From assembly GCA_000002435.2 (NCBI GenBank), contig CM018792.1: 64,000 bases of DNA. One strand, given 5' to 3'. A model generated the notes under the pieces. The model had not been told where the DNA came from, ran no database searches, and worked only from the letters and a program-made list of their open reading frames with translations. This document shows, piece after piece, positions 1-15,000 of the stretch (position 1 is the stretch's first letter; the number at the start of each line of letters is the position of its first letter). A program made the position numbers and the translations under genes. This DNA comes from Giardia intestinalis. Its lineage: Eukaryota.

Positions 1-3000
1 TTGTGGGCCAGAGTAACCTTGTCTTGCAGTTCGTGACATAATGAGAAAATACAATGCTTCAGAAAGCGAGAGTGCAGCAGCGAGCCCGGAGATGTGTATA
101 TTTTCTCATAGACAGACACGTGGTCTAGCTTGTGGAACACACGTGCATATGATACTAGCAACTGGTTGTAGAGCTCTGTCAGACGGCGATTTAGTGGGTG
201 ATATGATGCCCTCTCGGGGTCGTATCGACGAATCGCGGAGATGGTAGCCCAGATAGCCGCGTATAGATTCTGGATTTTCTCTATAATCGCAGGGTGAACG
301 CGAAGACGAGTCCGGAGTGTATTTACCAAAGCCTGCATGTGCTCTGACTCTATCACTGCCTGAAACAAGAGGGCTGCTGCTGAGTCTAAAGTTGTATACG
401 TGTCAGATATGCGAATGTGAGGGCAATCTGGAGGGGGGCTCTGCGTGACAAAGAAGATGAGCAAACCTAGAAGAGTGCGGCTAGAAATTATCGGCAGCTT
501 GAGCGTACCTGCCTCTAAAGCCAAGGCCTTATCAGTGGAGTGTCTAGTGGCAAAGTGTATCTGCTGTATGCGAAACAGGGTGAAATAATGATGAATCTTT
601 TCGATTTTACCTATTGGAGCGTTAAAGACAACCAGCTCCGGCGCAAATGCAGCACAAAGATGGCCAATAAGCACTCTGGAAAGCGCTGGAGCAGAATAAG
701 AAGTTGGAATTAAGATTATCAACCCATGCTTAGGCCTTACCGGCTTGCTAATGAACAATTGGACCAACCATTCTACGCTCTTGTTCCCATCAGATAGAAC
801 TACAACAAGGTAGGAGAGCAAGTCGGCGTGAGTGGGCTTTGTTTTATAAACGACAGGAGCAGTCAGCAGAAGCTGATCAACTAGATATTCGAACGCAAAA
901 GAGATGAGTGTAAGAATGTCCAACGTGGAATCGAAGAAGATGGCGACTGTTTTGGATGCACACATAGGACACATCTCTTCTAACAAAGACTGCTTGGATG
1001 CATGAGAAAGTGGTTGCCCATTATCGCTGAAAAACATTCCATAGGATAACTTTTCAGATGGAGGAAAATCCTGTGACCAAAGCTGGCTGCGATAAAAAGC
1101 AGCAATGAATTTGCTGATGGATCCAGTGAGAGACTTTAAAGGACACTGCAAGAACTTAGAGAGGAGCTCGTCATCTCGGTCAGAGCTGAATACGTCAACT
1201 AGACTGAAGCTAGCGGAGTTCGTTAGCTTGCTTACCTTCATAAGAAGGTTGAGGTCCTCCTGCAAATGAGTTGGATTGAGACATATGCTTAAAAGAAAAG
1301 CTATCCACACGCCATTTGCTGAAGGTGACTGAATTGAAATAGGAAAATTACCCAGGGTCATATCATCTTTCAGTTCCATAATCAGCTCATCGGGGATTAA
1401 TCGCTCATAGACTGAGTCAGTATTGTTATGTAGCTGCATGGAATTTTCAAAATTAGCCGACTTTCCCTTATCTTGGTGCGTGGTTTTTACAGAGAAACCG
1501 GCGGTCTCTGCCCTCTTTAGCATGGCTGTCATAGATCTCCTTGACATGCTTATGTGCTTTCTTGCCTTAGTTGCTGTTTTGGCTTGTAAGCTTGGGTGCA
1601 TATTCTCACTGTCTGCATAATCATAATCAAACATAGCATCATAATCCTCGTCAGTGAGCGAAGCCACCGAACCTTCTGAACTAGTGTCATCATCTGAATT
1701 GATAGTCTTCTTATCCGTGACTTTGTATGAGTTATAGTCCCCTGGGTGCGTGTTGGCGATTGGCTCTTTTACAGGCACTGTTCCAGACCCATATACAGCT
1801 TTGTTAGAAGTACTGCTCCAAGCAGGAACGATCCCTGTCTCTGATGTGAAGCCTCCAAAGAGCTCAACGATGTTGTATTCATGCACGGCTGACTTAAGAA
1901 GTGCATGCGGCGCCAGGAAAGTTTCTGCAGAAAGCCTATTAGAGTGCTTGGAAGATCTCTCTACGTAGGCGTAGTGACCAAGCACCTTCCGGAAGAAACT
2001 CGAGCCCCGAACATATGTCAAATACTGCGTTTTCTGGGTAGAAAAGAAGGCCACCCACTCCTTCGCAAGATCTGGGGCAATGAAGACCAAGCTGCAGAGC
2101 TTGTTCCACCTTTCTATTGCAAGGCTATCTGCGGTGTTTGGCAAGAATGAGTCCATGGCCCGTCCGTTGTCTAGAAAGCCTACTGGCTTAGAAAGTGACT
2201 GATCGGTAACAATAGATGAGAAGAGCAGCATATGCTTCTGTACATTGCACTGTCCTGAAATAGATTCCAAGCATGAGATCATTCCCAGAAGCGACTTCAT
2301 ATATGCCTGCGGAACAATAGCGGATATCTTTGATAAGAGATGATGCACAATCGTGGGGAGCAACTCAGTCATGCGTCGTTCAGAGGTGTGCTTCGGAAGC
2401 AAGCGGCGATGGTGTAAGGCGGAGTGGTCCACTCCTTGTAGGTCTACGATCACGGACGTTACTAAAGAGAAGAAAAATGTATCTGTAAAGGCCACTGAAA
2501 GCGCCTCAAATCTCTCGGACAATTTCCAAAGAAGCTCGTAGACTGAGAGCAGGGTCCTGGCACGTGTTCTTATTCCTTGCTTGATAGATAGCGGTATAAT
2601 AGTAAAGTCAGTAAGCTTCTGAAGTTCTGCGTGTATGTGCTTGATGTATGCTAAGAACAGCTCGACATCAGTTAGTGTTACAGGATTCTGAGGTGCAGAG
2701 AGACCTTCGAGGTACCTATTGAACTCACTTAGGACGCCAACGATTTTATTTTTTCTCAGCAAGAATTGACTTATGCGAATGATTGGAAGATTCAAATGGA
2801 TTGCCTCATACGTAAAAATAATAGTAAGCTCTTCGATAATATAGTCATAAAGGACCGTTTGCCTGTGCCTTTGGAGCTTTTCAATTGCAGATAAGCCTAT
2901 TGCAGGAAAATTGGACTGCGGGGTCCCTTCAGAAGTTGACGTTTCCGATCCAACGTAGTACTGTAAGGTGGCTACGGGACTATGAAGTATATGGAGTCTG

Positions 3001-6000
3001 TGATTAAACTCCAAGAGATACAGCGATTCATAAGGATCTGCAAGAGATAGGTACATCCGGCGCATTCTGGGGTGGTATGCAAGGGTCGCCTGCACTGCGT
3101 CGTCGATGCTTAGCGACGCGTGAAATGGCTTGGTATCCCCAAATTCATCCGGCTGTGGCAGCGGAGAATTTACCAACGTAAGTAACGAGCGCAACAATCG
3201 TGCTAGGCTACGGTTATTATCTGTGCACGACGGGGCGAACATGTTATATAAGCATAACGGATGGTCTGCGGCGCCGGAGCAGGAGAGTGCCAGACGCAGT
3301 CGAGAGATAAACTCATCATGTTGCATACTACAATCTATGAACTCAAAGCTATATGCTCTCTTGATCTGGTCAGCAGACGCTGGGTGCTGCAAGTTCTTGG
3401 TCTCTTCAATGTGGCGGAGCGTCTCAGCCATGTACAGAACAGGAAGAAAGAGAGAACACGGGAGAACAGGTATCTTCTCCTGTCCCCTGCTGAAGAGCGT
3501 GTGACATAGAAAGCTGTGCACAGTGCTTTTACGAAACAGAAGGTAACGGGAGTACTCAATGGAAATCCTACCATTTAAAAGGTCTTGCGACATGCCAAAC
3601 CGCATCTCTAGAGCGAGGTCTGCGTACCGGAGAAGGAGTGGAAGGTTTATCTGAAACGTGTCTAAGGCCAACATTAACGAGCGCTCAATGCCAGCGGAGT
3701 CCATCTCAGTAACAAAGTGATTCATGAAGGATCTATTGCTCACTTCAGCAGGCTTTTGGCCCTTGTTTTGGAAGCCTTTATACTCCACAGCTCCTCCTTC
3801 GATATGAGCCAAATAACGATTCGCTTGGGTGCTGTACTCACTGGTAGTGATAGACTTGACAAGGTCTGCGTCTATAGCAGCATTCATAATAAGGACCTCA
3901 AGAGCGTTACTGTGTTGAAGGGTGGGAAGAAGCTGATGCTTAAATACAAGGCTACTGACCGCTATTACCGAATCAACAATAACCCTACGAACAATTGCCG
4001 CAAAGTCATCCATAATTTCGTTGATAATAGTCAAAATATCTTCGCTCTGTGTGGCTAGTACAATGTCGTTGAACTTGGTTGAGCTTCGACTCCTGTGAGA
4101 AATGCTTGTCAATTTAGATGAGAATCTTCCTAGGATACCCCGAGGTGTGATGGAATCATCTGCAGCTTCGGGAGAAATTAATGGTGCCTTGGCGTGCTGT
4201 TTAGACTCAAGCATAAGGGGGAGTAAGGAATTAGTATTACACGTACCTTCTGGTACTGCTGCAAGAATATTAGTCTTGCTTGGTCCTTGCATGCCAGGCC
4301 TGGATTGCATGTGCGCTTCGTCTGTAGCAGTAGCGCCCAGACACACCCTTTGAAATTTGCTCTTGAGTGCCTCTGAGCGAAGATTATTGGCCAGAGTATA
4401 TAGTGTTATTGCAAACCCACTATACATCCCCATGCGCAAATAACAAAAACGCCAAACATGCTCTGTGTATGCGCTAAACGTCAAGGTATAATTCAGAGTG
4501 CTGGTCTGGAGGTATTGGAGGCAGATTGCATAGCCTATCGTGCATGCAAGAATAAGCGTTCCTCTAAACTCGCCGAAAATGTCGGGTGGCAGCACAGAGT
4601 TTGATTCAGGTAGATAAAGAGTTTTCTTGCTTGTTACTGAAAAACACCTCAAAAGAGGCTCTGCAACAGAAGAGAACATGATGTTGAGGGACTTCTCCAG
4701 GTTATGGAAGTAGTTGGTCGTGAAGGAGACACTGGTAAAGCTGTCTGTTCCGCTCAAGCACGTTCCGTTCACGACATACTTTTGTATAGCCTGGTCACCA
4801 ATTGACGGGAGAATAGTAAGGCATTTCAAAATATCTAGGGAAATGGATACGGTGTCATTAAGGACCAAAATGCTGAAGTTTCTAGAGAGAAGCCACATTA
4901 GCTCCTGATCGCAGAGTAAGAAATCAAGCTCATAATAGCAGCTCACAAGTAGGCTGATGAACCGGAGCTCTTCCTCCAGAAAAACCGCAGTAAGTGTATG
5001 AGGAAGAGAAGCAATAGAACTAAGGATATCCAGCTTCCCAACGAGGAGATTACTATGCAGAACCAATAATATATCAACAGGCTCTGGAAGAAAGAAGTCT
5101 CGGATGGATGCTCTTCCTAGGTGCTTCTTCACAAGCGAAGAATCAATAGAATTCCACACACCCATGCCTGAGGATGTCTCTGTGTTGTAAAACTCATTTA
5201 TCCTCAGAAGAGAAAGATCCTTGAGCCCCAGAGATGGACTAAATCCCAAGGCCATCAGCAGGTAGGCTCTAACGATGTAGTATGTAAGCACAGAAACATC
5301 CTTAGACGTTTTATAGACACCAACGAGGTCTACGAGAAAATCCAATCTCAGCCCGGTTAGTGGAAGGGAAAACCCGTTAACCGGTTCTCGCTCGACACAG
5401 TATTTATTGACCTCCCTGAAAATGTAATAGTACGGGTCGCTTTTCGAAAGCTTGCCAGAGTAGGTCATGACTGGCTTTTCGGCCCTAAGGAATGGGCGAG
5501 AATCTGGAGTGAAGACGGACTTCTTTTTGAGAGTTCGTAGGATGCGCGGATTGGTCTGCGCAATAAAGTCGTCTTCATCAGACGAGTCTGAATAGTAAGA
5601 GCTCTTTATTGGCTTCAGAGATTTGCGTATAGACAACTCCACGTCTCCTATCTCTGCCTCAATTGCAAGGATCCCAACCAGGGTAATCAGCTGGTAGGAA
5701 TTGATGAGATATCGGTGGTATCTGGTAAAGAGAAGATGAATTGCGAAGTTCGTATACATTCCTTGATGAATGTTGAGCAAGGAGACACTGCAATCCTTGG
5801 GTTGCTTAGGCTTAGATTTAGTTGAGGTCGGAGCCATCGATCCTCGCTGCCCATCTTTTGGTATTCGCACAGTACCGTCGTGTGGAGAATAGTATAAGCC
5901 GGTGATGAAGCCCATGAAGTCCAGGGAATTGACAAGCTTGAAATTGCCCAGAAGGGCAATAAACTGGAGCATATGATGTGTGTCCTCTACATAATTGTGC

Positions 6001-9000
6001 AGATTGCTTAGCTGAAGGTAGGAGATAAGAATCTTAGGAGGATTATAGACTCGACTGAACTGATTAAATTGGGTCATGCCATTGGCTGGACCAAATCTGA
6101 GCGTAGATAGATACTCATATATTTTGATGCAGTTTCGATGCCACATTATCTCTGTGATGAGGTATGCACGGATAAGTATTATAGCTACATGGCTTGAAAG
6201 ATGTGTAACCTCACGGATATCTCTGTACTTGACCAGTAGGCGAACAATGGTGGTACTGGGGCGTTTATCTTCGAAGTCCTGGACTAGTTGATGTTGAGTG
6301 AGGTCCAAGTCATGACTCTGCTCTTGCTCCTGCTCTGATCGGTCTCTAGCTGTGCTAACGTTGTCATTCCTCAAAAAGCCTTGGGCATAGTCAGAATATG
6401 TGGCCCGAATAGCAGTATTAGCAGCTGAGGTAAGCTCGCCACGCCTTTCGAGAAGATCGGGTCTATGCTCAGATCTGTCGGTGCTTTCGAGTGTCATACT
6501 AGATGAGTCATCAGAGCTGGAATCGGAGTCGAAGAAGTCTAGCCCAGCCCTGGTGAGCATAGATGTAAGGTGGATGTCTTGGAACTTGGACATCTTGCTT
6601 AGCATGGTAAGTGCAGCGTTCTTCTTAGATTCAGCCCTCTCTCTTGGTTTCTCAGCAGCGCTGACAGCAGTAGGCAGCAGTGGCTCATGCTTCGGGCCGT
6701 CATCCACAGATAGCTCGTCAATCAGATCGCCGGTGAACTTCAGCACGTCAACGGAGTACGCCTTGTCTATGTTAAGAATCTTGTTGTATCGAAAGTCTTT
6801 TCGTGCACTTACTGGGATCCTTCGTTGTAGCTCAAATCTGTGACGAGTGAAGTAGTCTCCATTAAAGATCAAAACAGGGGCATGCCTTGAGTTAGGCGTT
6901 GAAACCTTAGAATCTCTGCTAGATACAGGCATGGAGAGGGCGCTATGGGATGGCCCATCCGGATCGATGACCGTTTTGAGACAAGTCTCCCACGAAAAGT
7001 GTAGCATTATACTTATGGTATCTGCTCTACCATTGTCGGAGTAACTGAAAGGGATAAGAAAGGGATACATGCGCTTAAATGCTTCTGCATACTCCGGAGT
7101 AAGGACGCTAAAAACAGATGTCGAAGAGAGAGTGCCAACGGAGAATGCAGACACTAACTCGGAATAGACCCGTGTAGACACGGATATAGGGACAGAACCA
7201 TGTCGAAGAAGCGCCGAGAAAAGACTATTTGCAGAGGGAACTAGCATATGTAGATTCTCTAGAAAACTGGATGGAGGATAGCCGAAAACGTTTCTTACGT
7301 CGGTATCATCAAAGTACACATTCTGCTTCATGCTGCACAAGAGCTCGAGAAGAGATATAGGGAGGAGAGGCCTTATTAGTAGTAACCCTTCGGCAAAGGA
7401 CTTGACGAGGGTACGTATTACGATAGACATGGGCGCATACTTAGTCAACTGGGGTCTGTGGTCGCTCTGAAGGGCATCTATGTTTCCTGCTATGGACTCG
7501 GCAGATAGCTTTGGAAAGCGCTTGATGCCTCTGGCTGCAAACACTCTTGCTGTTATGGGCTGGAAGACCTTCGGATAATGAAAGCGGGGGGAGACTGGCA
7601 AGAGTGCAGTAAGGGGGTCGTCTACATCATAGTGGATCGCATGGTAGTTGGCGACGCTCTTTTCCATCGAGCAGTAGGCATCTTGTATTAGGTGGTCGTA
7701 CACAAAGTTGCGATAGACCAGGCTGTGGAAGAATGTGGGCTTACTAGTCGCAGAGAACGTTGACACATATACAGACATGTCCATCAAGCGTCTTGCCGTC
7801 CTTTCTGTGCATGAGCTAGATACTTCATAGATCACCACAGAATCACGGAGGAATATGCGGCCGCAAAAGCCCCCAATGGCCTTTGAAACATCACGCTGTG
7901 AAATATCGACGTAAATGACATGCTCGAGGAGCGGAAGGCTTAGGAACTCCAATAGATTTGCGTGAGTAAGGCCTGAGATATGTAAGATATTAAATTTGCC
8001 ATTAACAGATTGTGCTGTGTATAGATTTCCTGCTCGAGAAATTTCTGGTCGAAGGAGATAGCTTTTTCTGAGTATTTGTACTTGCAAATCAGCAATGGTC
8101 TTGATAGTACTATTGCCCACGTAGAACGTTTGGAGGGACACCCTGTCGGAGCCTATCAGCGAAGCGGCAATCTGCAAAATAGTGGTTTTTCCGCTAAAGG
8201 AGTCCCCCAGAATAACAAAGGACTCTCCAGATAACATACATCCTGCGTAATAGACTGCGTACGCAGACATGTCATTGGTGATCACTAGCTGGAGAGAGTT
8301 CGACGTATCTGCGTAGCTATTCTGCATAGTTAGGAGGCTGGTGCTAACAAAGATCTCTTCCCCTACTCTATAGGGAACTTCTAATATAGGCATGTACCTT
8401 CTAATGAATGAAACCACGTACTTATCATCTTGTGAGCCAGTTTTTTCGGGCACTGAGTCTAACTGAAGATGCTTCAGCCTTCCCAAGCGCGCCCGTGATG
8501 TCGTCTTTGGCGTCCCAGCAGAAGCAAGGTTATCCCCTTCTAGTTGGTGAGGAGCAGATGAAATACGAGAACCTTTGGTAGGTAAACTTTGACACTCTAA
8601 AGATGTAAGAACCCTTGTTGAAACACGCTGAAGAGATTGCCCCGTGGATGTAGACGAAGCAACCTTCCGAAGCACTGCAGAAAAGTCAGTGCAGTCTGCG
8701 TTCAGTTCTGCTTTTTCTGGCAACAAAGAAGTGTTGTTAACAGGCCGAGAGATGTCTAGGCGTTGTGCTTGAGAATTGTTCTTGATCTTGTTGACTGATG
8801 ACGCTGACATTCCCGTGGGAATTGTCGATTGTGTTTCTTTCAATCTGCTGATTCTTAATTGGTCGGCTCTTTTGCTCAAACTTTCCATGCACTTCTTTCT
8901 ATATTGTGGCAGAGACACTTGCTCCAATTCATAGATAATCTCGGCTGTGAGCCCGAGCTTCTTTGCAATCGTCAACAAAAGCCTGTCCGACAAGTATGAC

Positions 9001-12000
9001 GTAATCGCTATAAAGCTATATGTACTGCCACCCCACATCGACTTGAAATTAGAATCAGATACTGTTTTTTCTGGCTTAGCAGCAAACTGGTCATCTGGAA
9101 CGGAAAAGGCCTCAACAGAAGCCTCTCCACGTGCCGCAGCCCCCATGTCTGACACATTAGCGTATGTCTCACAATAGTTTGGTCCTCTACTGAGAGTTGA
9201 CGAACCAGTGGAGGACCCAGTGGAATGTGCTACCTTAGGGTTCAACGATTCAGCATGCCTCTTCGCAAACAGTGCTGAGAAGGTAGGATAGGTTTCAGCA
9301 TTCGTAAAGAAATATGTTTGGCTCACATAAAGGTCCTGGAGGGACATGATTGCATTGTCGCAGAACAAATGCATCCACTTGCTCAAGCGAAAACCGTCCT
9401 TTCTATAAAAAACATGCTGCTCGAAAAATTCGGACTCCAAAGTTAGAGAAAATGTAGGTATATAGCTCAGAAGAGACGCGTATAGTCGGTAGTAGGACAA
9501 GCTATTGAAGAGCAGCCCTCCGTTGATGTATTCCATGCGGTATAATAACATAAATGCACTAAAAACAGTGCTAATAACACTATAGTGCAGGATGTCTGCA
9601 ATATGGCGGCTGTTTGATGTCAGGAGCAGGCGTGAAATGAACGACTGTGTGAATTGGGCCGATGTTTGGTTTAGCATTGTGCTGTATGCAGTTTCAAATG
9701 ACACCGATCTGTGGTTTAGATTGTGGGCACCGGGGTTGGACTGCAAGGATTCACCGCGGAGGTCTGCGAAAGAATGGGCAAGAGAAATGGGTTCGCTGAA
9801 GTAAGAAAAGTGGGACCCTAAGGCATCGTTAATGTTGAACTCTAAGGGCTTGGTAGAAGCTTCTCTCAAATCCTTCTGTTGCTTGAAGCTTATTGGGTTC
9901 TTTGCGTCGGTGTAAGATCGAATAGATAGCTCATGATACAGATTCATGGTGTCTGTAGAAAGCTCCTCCTCAGTTGACAGGGTAGGGCGATGAGAGTCAT
10001 TCCCAGTCTGCACGTCTAGAATGCCATAGTACCGGAAGAAAAGGTGTATTAGCGCCTTGATAATGCGCCAGTGGCGTAGCGTAAGAGTAAGATGTGCACC
10101 AATCTCAGTGGAGATGAACATAACAAAGTTGAACACGAGGAAATTGAAGTAGCTTATGTAGAGGCCGAGCTTCGTCCGTGTCAAGAAAGAGCTGGTGTAG
10201 ATGTGATAATCAGCGTCAAAATTGGCGTAGATATACTGCATTAGTTTATCATACGATGAGATGCTTGCCAGGGTAGGTGCTTGGATTGAAATCAAGTGAC
10301 TTATATTCAATTGTGAAAGATTGCCAAAACTCATAAAATAAAAGCCTATGTCGGAGAGGTGCAAGTTTCTGCTAAGCGAAAACTTTCTGATGCTAAGCTG
10401 GAGGATTCTTGCATCACGAGCTCGAGCTACAATGATAACATGAACGGGAGCCTTGAATGTATAAGTTTTGTTATTCTCGGAGTAAATGGTCTGCCTTGCA
10501 GCCAACATGCCAAGAATGTTTTGGTAAAGTAGGAGATCAGAGTGCTGATCCAAGACAATAGCCAGTGCATAGCGATTTGGAAAGGCAGATAATAGGTCAG
10601 CATAGAAGTGTATATCTGCAGATGAATAGGCAAGCAGAAATGTCAACGCCGAGGCCCTGGAGAGGATTGCATGGACATACTCAAAGAATTGCTGTGCCAT
10701 GCTCGTGGTTAGAATAGCAAACGGTTCCTTGGCTGCCAAAAGGTCCATCATCACTGTAGCCATATACGCCCCAAACTCAGAGAGGATGCCTGCTGATCGC
10801 TGAAGGCCGTGTAGAGACTCTAGGTACTTGGGGGAAGAAGAACGCCTTATCATATAAGCCATGGAATCCGATGTGACACGAGAGCCCGAATGTTCAAACG
10901 TGGTTGCATTAGCTGGTGACAGGCCAAACACAGAAATAAGGCACGAGATGAGTATGCTGAGTTTGTGTTGCAGATTAATAGCTGCATGCGGAGCCTCTGA
11001 TTTGACTTCTTCATGAGTTGCGCCATCACTCTGGAGGAGATCTGAGTTTATGTCATCGACTAAGCAAAACGACTCCTCGGTGGCTAAGTACATGCATGAG
11101 ACCAGGTACACAAACGTTTGGGTGCACGCTGCAGTCCTGTTTGCATCCGGTGCCAGTCTATGCTGAATAAGCATAAAATCGAGCCCCAATAGCTTTGGAA
11201 AATCGTTAGACAAGTTGCTAAGAAACACATGAAGATGATAAAACGAGTCCTGATAGAGTCCTGGCAGCGATCTGAAGAGTCGTTGAAATGGAGAAATTGT
11301 GCAGCAACTATCTCCCAAGTTTTTGTCGGCTCTAACGACTATTTGGTGCTTTAGCGACTCTACGTGTTCCATGTATACTTCTAAAACAATACTCTTGTAG
11401 GCAGAAAAGTTCTTGGTGAAGGTTGTTTGATCAACAAGAGATGCCGATGCACAGACTAACTGAGTTGTTCTGAATTCATGTGTAGATTGCAAGGTAGAAA
11501 TATAAGGAATAAAGGGAAGATACATCATGTATGCCTTTCGAAACTTTTGAGTTACTCGCTCTGCATGGGGATGTACTTGATAGATATAGTGCTCATCAAC
11601 GATATGTGGGCCTGAAGACGATCTCTGGCTGTGAGAACTAGGGCTGGATGTCATAGTCGTGGTCACGCTGCACTCCTGGGGCATTGCCCCAGCTAGCCAA
11701 ATAATCAGTCTGCAAAACGAATGGTCTATGTCACTATCGATGGGAATCCAGCCCTGAGACGAATATGATCTACTGCTGCGGCTGTAGGGATTAAATTCCA
11801 GCCTTGTTTCGGAAGAGATCGAATAACTAGAAAAATCCTCAAACCCGTACGATAGAGTTGTTGTTGCAAATGTGGTTGAGAGCATTTCCAGATGCTCCTT
11901 TGTCAAGGTATCAACTCCGTACAAAATCACTAGGTATCTCGAGATGAGTAGCTCGCGAAGACGGTTATACTGTGGTAAAAAGCTAGCATCTGTTATTGGA

Positions 12001-15000
12001 ATAAAAAGAACGTGAGAAGATAGATATCTAGCTACTAGATGCGCTAAGTAATAAACCTCTAGGGCAAAGTATCCCCTAGCCCAGTCGGTGAGAAGAAGTG
12101 CGACAGATTTGCTACGCAGAGCAGATATTAATCGTGCTGCTTTCAGCCTCATGGTGTGCGATATGTACATGGAGTCGTATTCATTGGCAGGATTAAAGTA
12201 TGACGAAGATATACTAATAAGCTGCCCCGACAACACAATGTTAACTAAGGTCTCGCTGAGTGGCGCTGTCGGCATTCTGAAGTCGGTTATGTTTGTGTCG
12301 CAATTCAAAGCTATGGAGGAGACGGGTGTAGCGTATGCCATTTTATCATCTAAATTTGCAGTGGAAACGGTGGCTTGATTGAGTTTAGACAAGGACTCAG
12401 GGGTCCTAAAAAGCTCCATAGTAAGTGCAGCGAAGTCATCGAAAGCCACATTATCATTCCCCTTTGTGTCTCGAGGCTCCGTTCCCTCAGGTGCATCGCT
12501 GTTGGATGTTAGCAGGCTGACGGACTCAGTGCGTGCTTGTAGCCGCGCCTTTGCGTTTTTGATCAGGGTCTTCTCCTCTGCTGTGTATGTGAGATCCAGC
12601 ATAGGTAAATCTACGCGGCGATTAGCTCCATTTCCAAGCAAGGTATCGGAAGCAAGGCTATAGACTAGAGCAGATGTTTGCCGATTGGTTGCAATGGAAA
12701 GACTGACTCCATGTTCCAAACCACTGAGCACAAGGCCGCGATTCCGCCCATAAAGCAAAAGGATATCCCAACAGAGTCGAGCATCGAATTGATCTGTTAG
12801 GGATGGAATCCTTTCTGGTGGCAAGATATTGCGCGCAATGACGTGCTGGACAACAGTAAGGGCCATGATATCCAGTGTTTCTTTGTGCTCGAGAAGCCGT
12901 GCATAGAGAGCCTTCAGCATAAGAATCCTGGAGCTTGTTGCCGAAAACGTAGACCCCACCTGAAACGACCCCTGTGCCCTCAACTTCCCTGTGCCCCTAA
13001 TTAAGTCATATGTCTCTTCCTCAAGAATCCGTATCATTGAGCATATTACATTCTCGTAGCAATAGATGAACGATTCGGAGCGGCCATCACAATATAAGTA
13101 GACGATACAGGAGAGCGCATAGACAATGGCTTGATATGTGCAAAACAGAAGAGCCTCGCGGTAGCGCTCGTTGAGGAAAAGTAGTGCTGCCTTGCGATAG
13201 TTATGAACTATATGCTGAGAGTGAAGGGAGCCCTCTGTGAAGAGGTAGCAATCCTTGACGCGTGCATTCGCCTTGATAATTGTTTGGTAAAAGATGTTTT
13301 CATGGCCCTTGAATATACCGAAGAAGTTACCAGTGGAATCTATGAGATTAGAGAGAAGACTATATGACAGCTGTGGGCCGTGTTTTACGTCAGTCATGTC
13401 GCGAGGAGGCTCGTCTTCAAAGCCATCTTCCACGCTGGATTCGTCCGTGTCCACAATCAATGGAGAAAAAACAGAGTTGAATAAGGCATCAGTCAGGACG
13501 CCAGTGAGTGGAACTGTAGTTAGTTGAGAATAGAGGACCGCAAACGAAAGCGGAAGACGTGCGTAGGGTGCACAGATTCTGTACTGCTGATTGGCATAAA
13601 TAGTTGTCACCACTGGATGTGAAGAGAGGTTGCGTCTGCAGCGTGAGAGTAGTTCCTCTGCGGCCAGCACATTTGTCATAAATGACTGGACCTTTGCAAG
13701 AATATCGCGAGCAAAAAGATTCATAAATTGGAAACAGTTTGGATTGGGACTCTCATCTGTATAGAATTTCGGAACAGAAAGCCGAGTCCCGCAGCGTCTT
13801 CTGTCCAGAAGATTAAGGTTGTCCAGAAATGAGATGAACGGAAGGGTGTAAACAGATTCGTGTTCATGAACGTTTTGCTGTCCCATACTATTGAGCTTCC
13901 ACACAACTTCATGCTTTGATTTTGCAAAAATACAGATATGCTTCAAACAGCTTAATATCTCAATCGTCACTTTCTTAACATCATTTGGAGAAAGCTTGAG
14001 TAGCGTGAGGTCGGCTATCCCATCATAGATTGCGTTTGTCAGGGCAATAAGCTCTGGGAGAAGCTTTCTAACATTGCCAATAGCTATGACGAAATTTCTG
14101 CAGAAGATCAGTTTGTCCTCTATTATGCGAGCCATCTTTGCAACCTTAGGTATAACTCCTTTGTCAGCCAAAATAGCTGTCACAATGAAGATACCTTCTC
14201 GCAGAGCCTTCAATAGATAGGGGTGTGTGTTAAAGAATGGTAGTGTAATGCGTGCGGGTCCATCATAGCTACGCCTCTTCCTGATAAGGGGTGCCCTGGT
14301 TCGTTGGTTGCCCAGCAAGACCTTGGATTGGACGTGCCTTTGATCCCTGGAGATTAATATTGATTTAGCGCGTGCCTGCTTAGTAGTATCGTTCGTTTCC
14401 TTAATGGGAGTTTGTGAGCTAAGTGTTGAGTTGCCCGGTTGATGCGACAATGAAGCATCATCATCTCTGGATGCAATCGATGGTTGAGGTGCAATAATGG
14501 TGAGAGCCTTGATGCGAGGTTTTAGCAACGGAAGCGTTGTCTTTCTGTTGGTGCACCCAGCTATCCTTCCGAACGGTGTCTCAAACAGATCAAAGGCGTC
14601 CTCATCTGAAGAATCGGTGCAATGCCGGTGCTGGTCTTTGAATGCCTCCGCCAAATCGCTCTTGGTCTCACTTCCTGGTGCAGTGGCGTCTTCAATCACT
14701 TCTGTGACACCAACAGTCCTTCTAGGTAAAAGAATGCCACTTTTCTGAACTACGGGGACAAGAGAATTAGAGTCAGAGATTTCTGTTTTAATAGCCTCTG
14801 CTGCATCGGCATTGTGCTCACCAAAAGTGAAGTCAAGATCTCCAAGCACACGTGCAATCTCGTCATTTAGATGCAGATTGATCGTGTAATATGTTATAAA
14901 AATATCTATATTATGCAGCCAGTAGTATATTTCTAGCAATCTATTTTCTGCAGAATAATTTAGGAGATATTGCTTATTAATCTGGCTTGCCAGCTGATGA

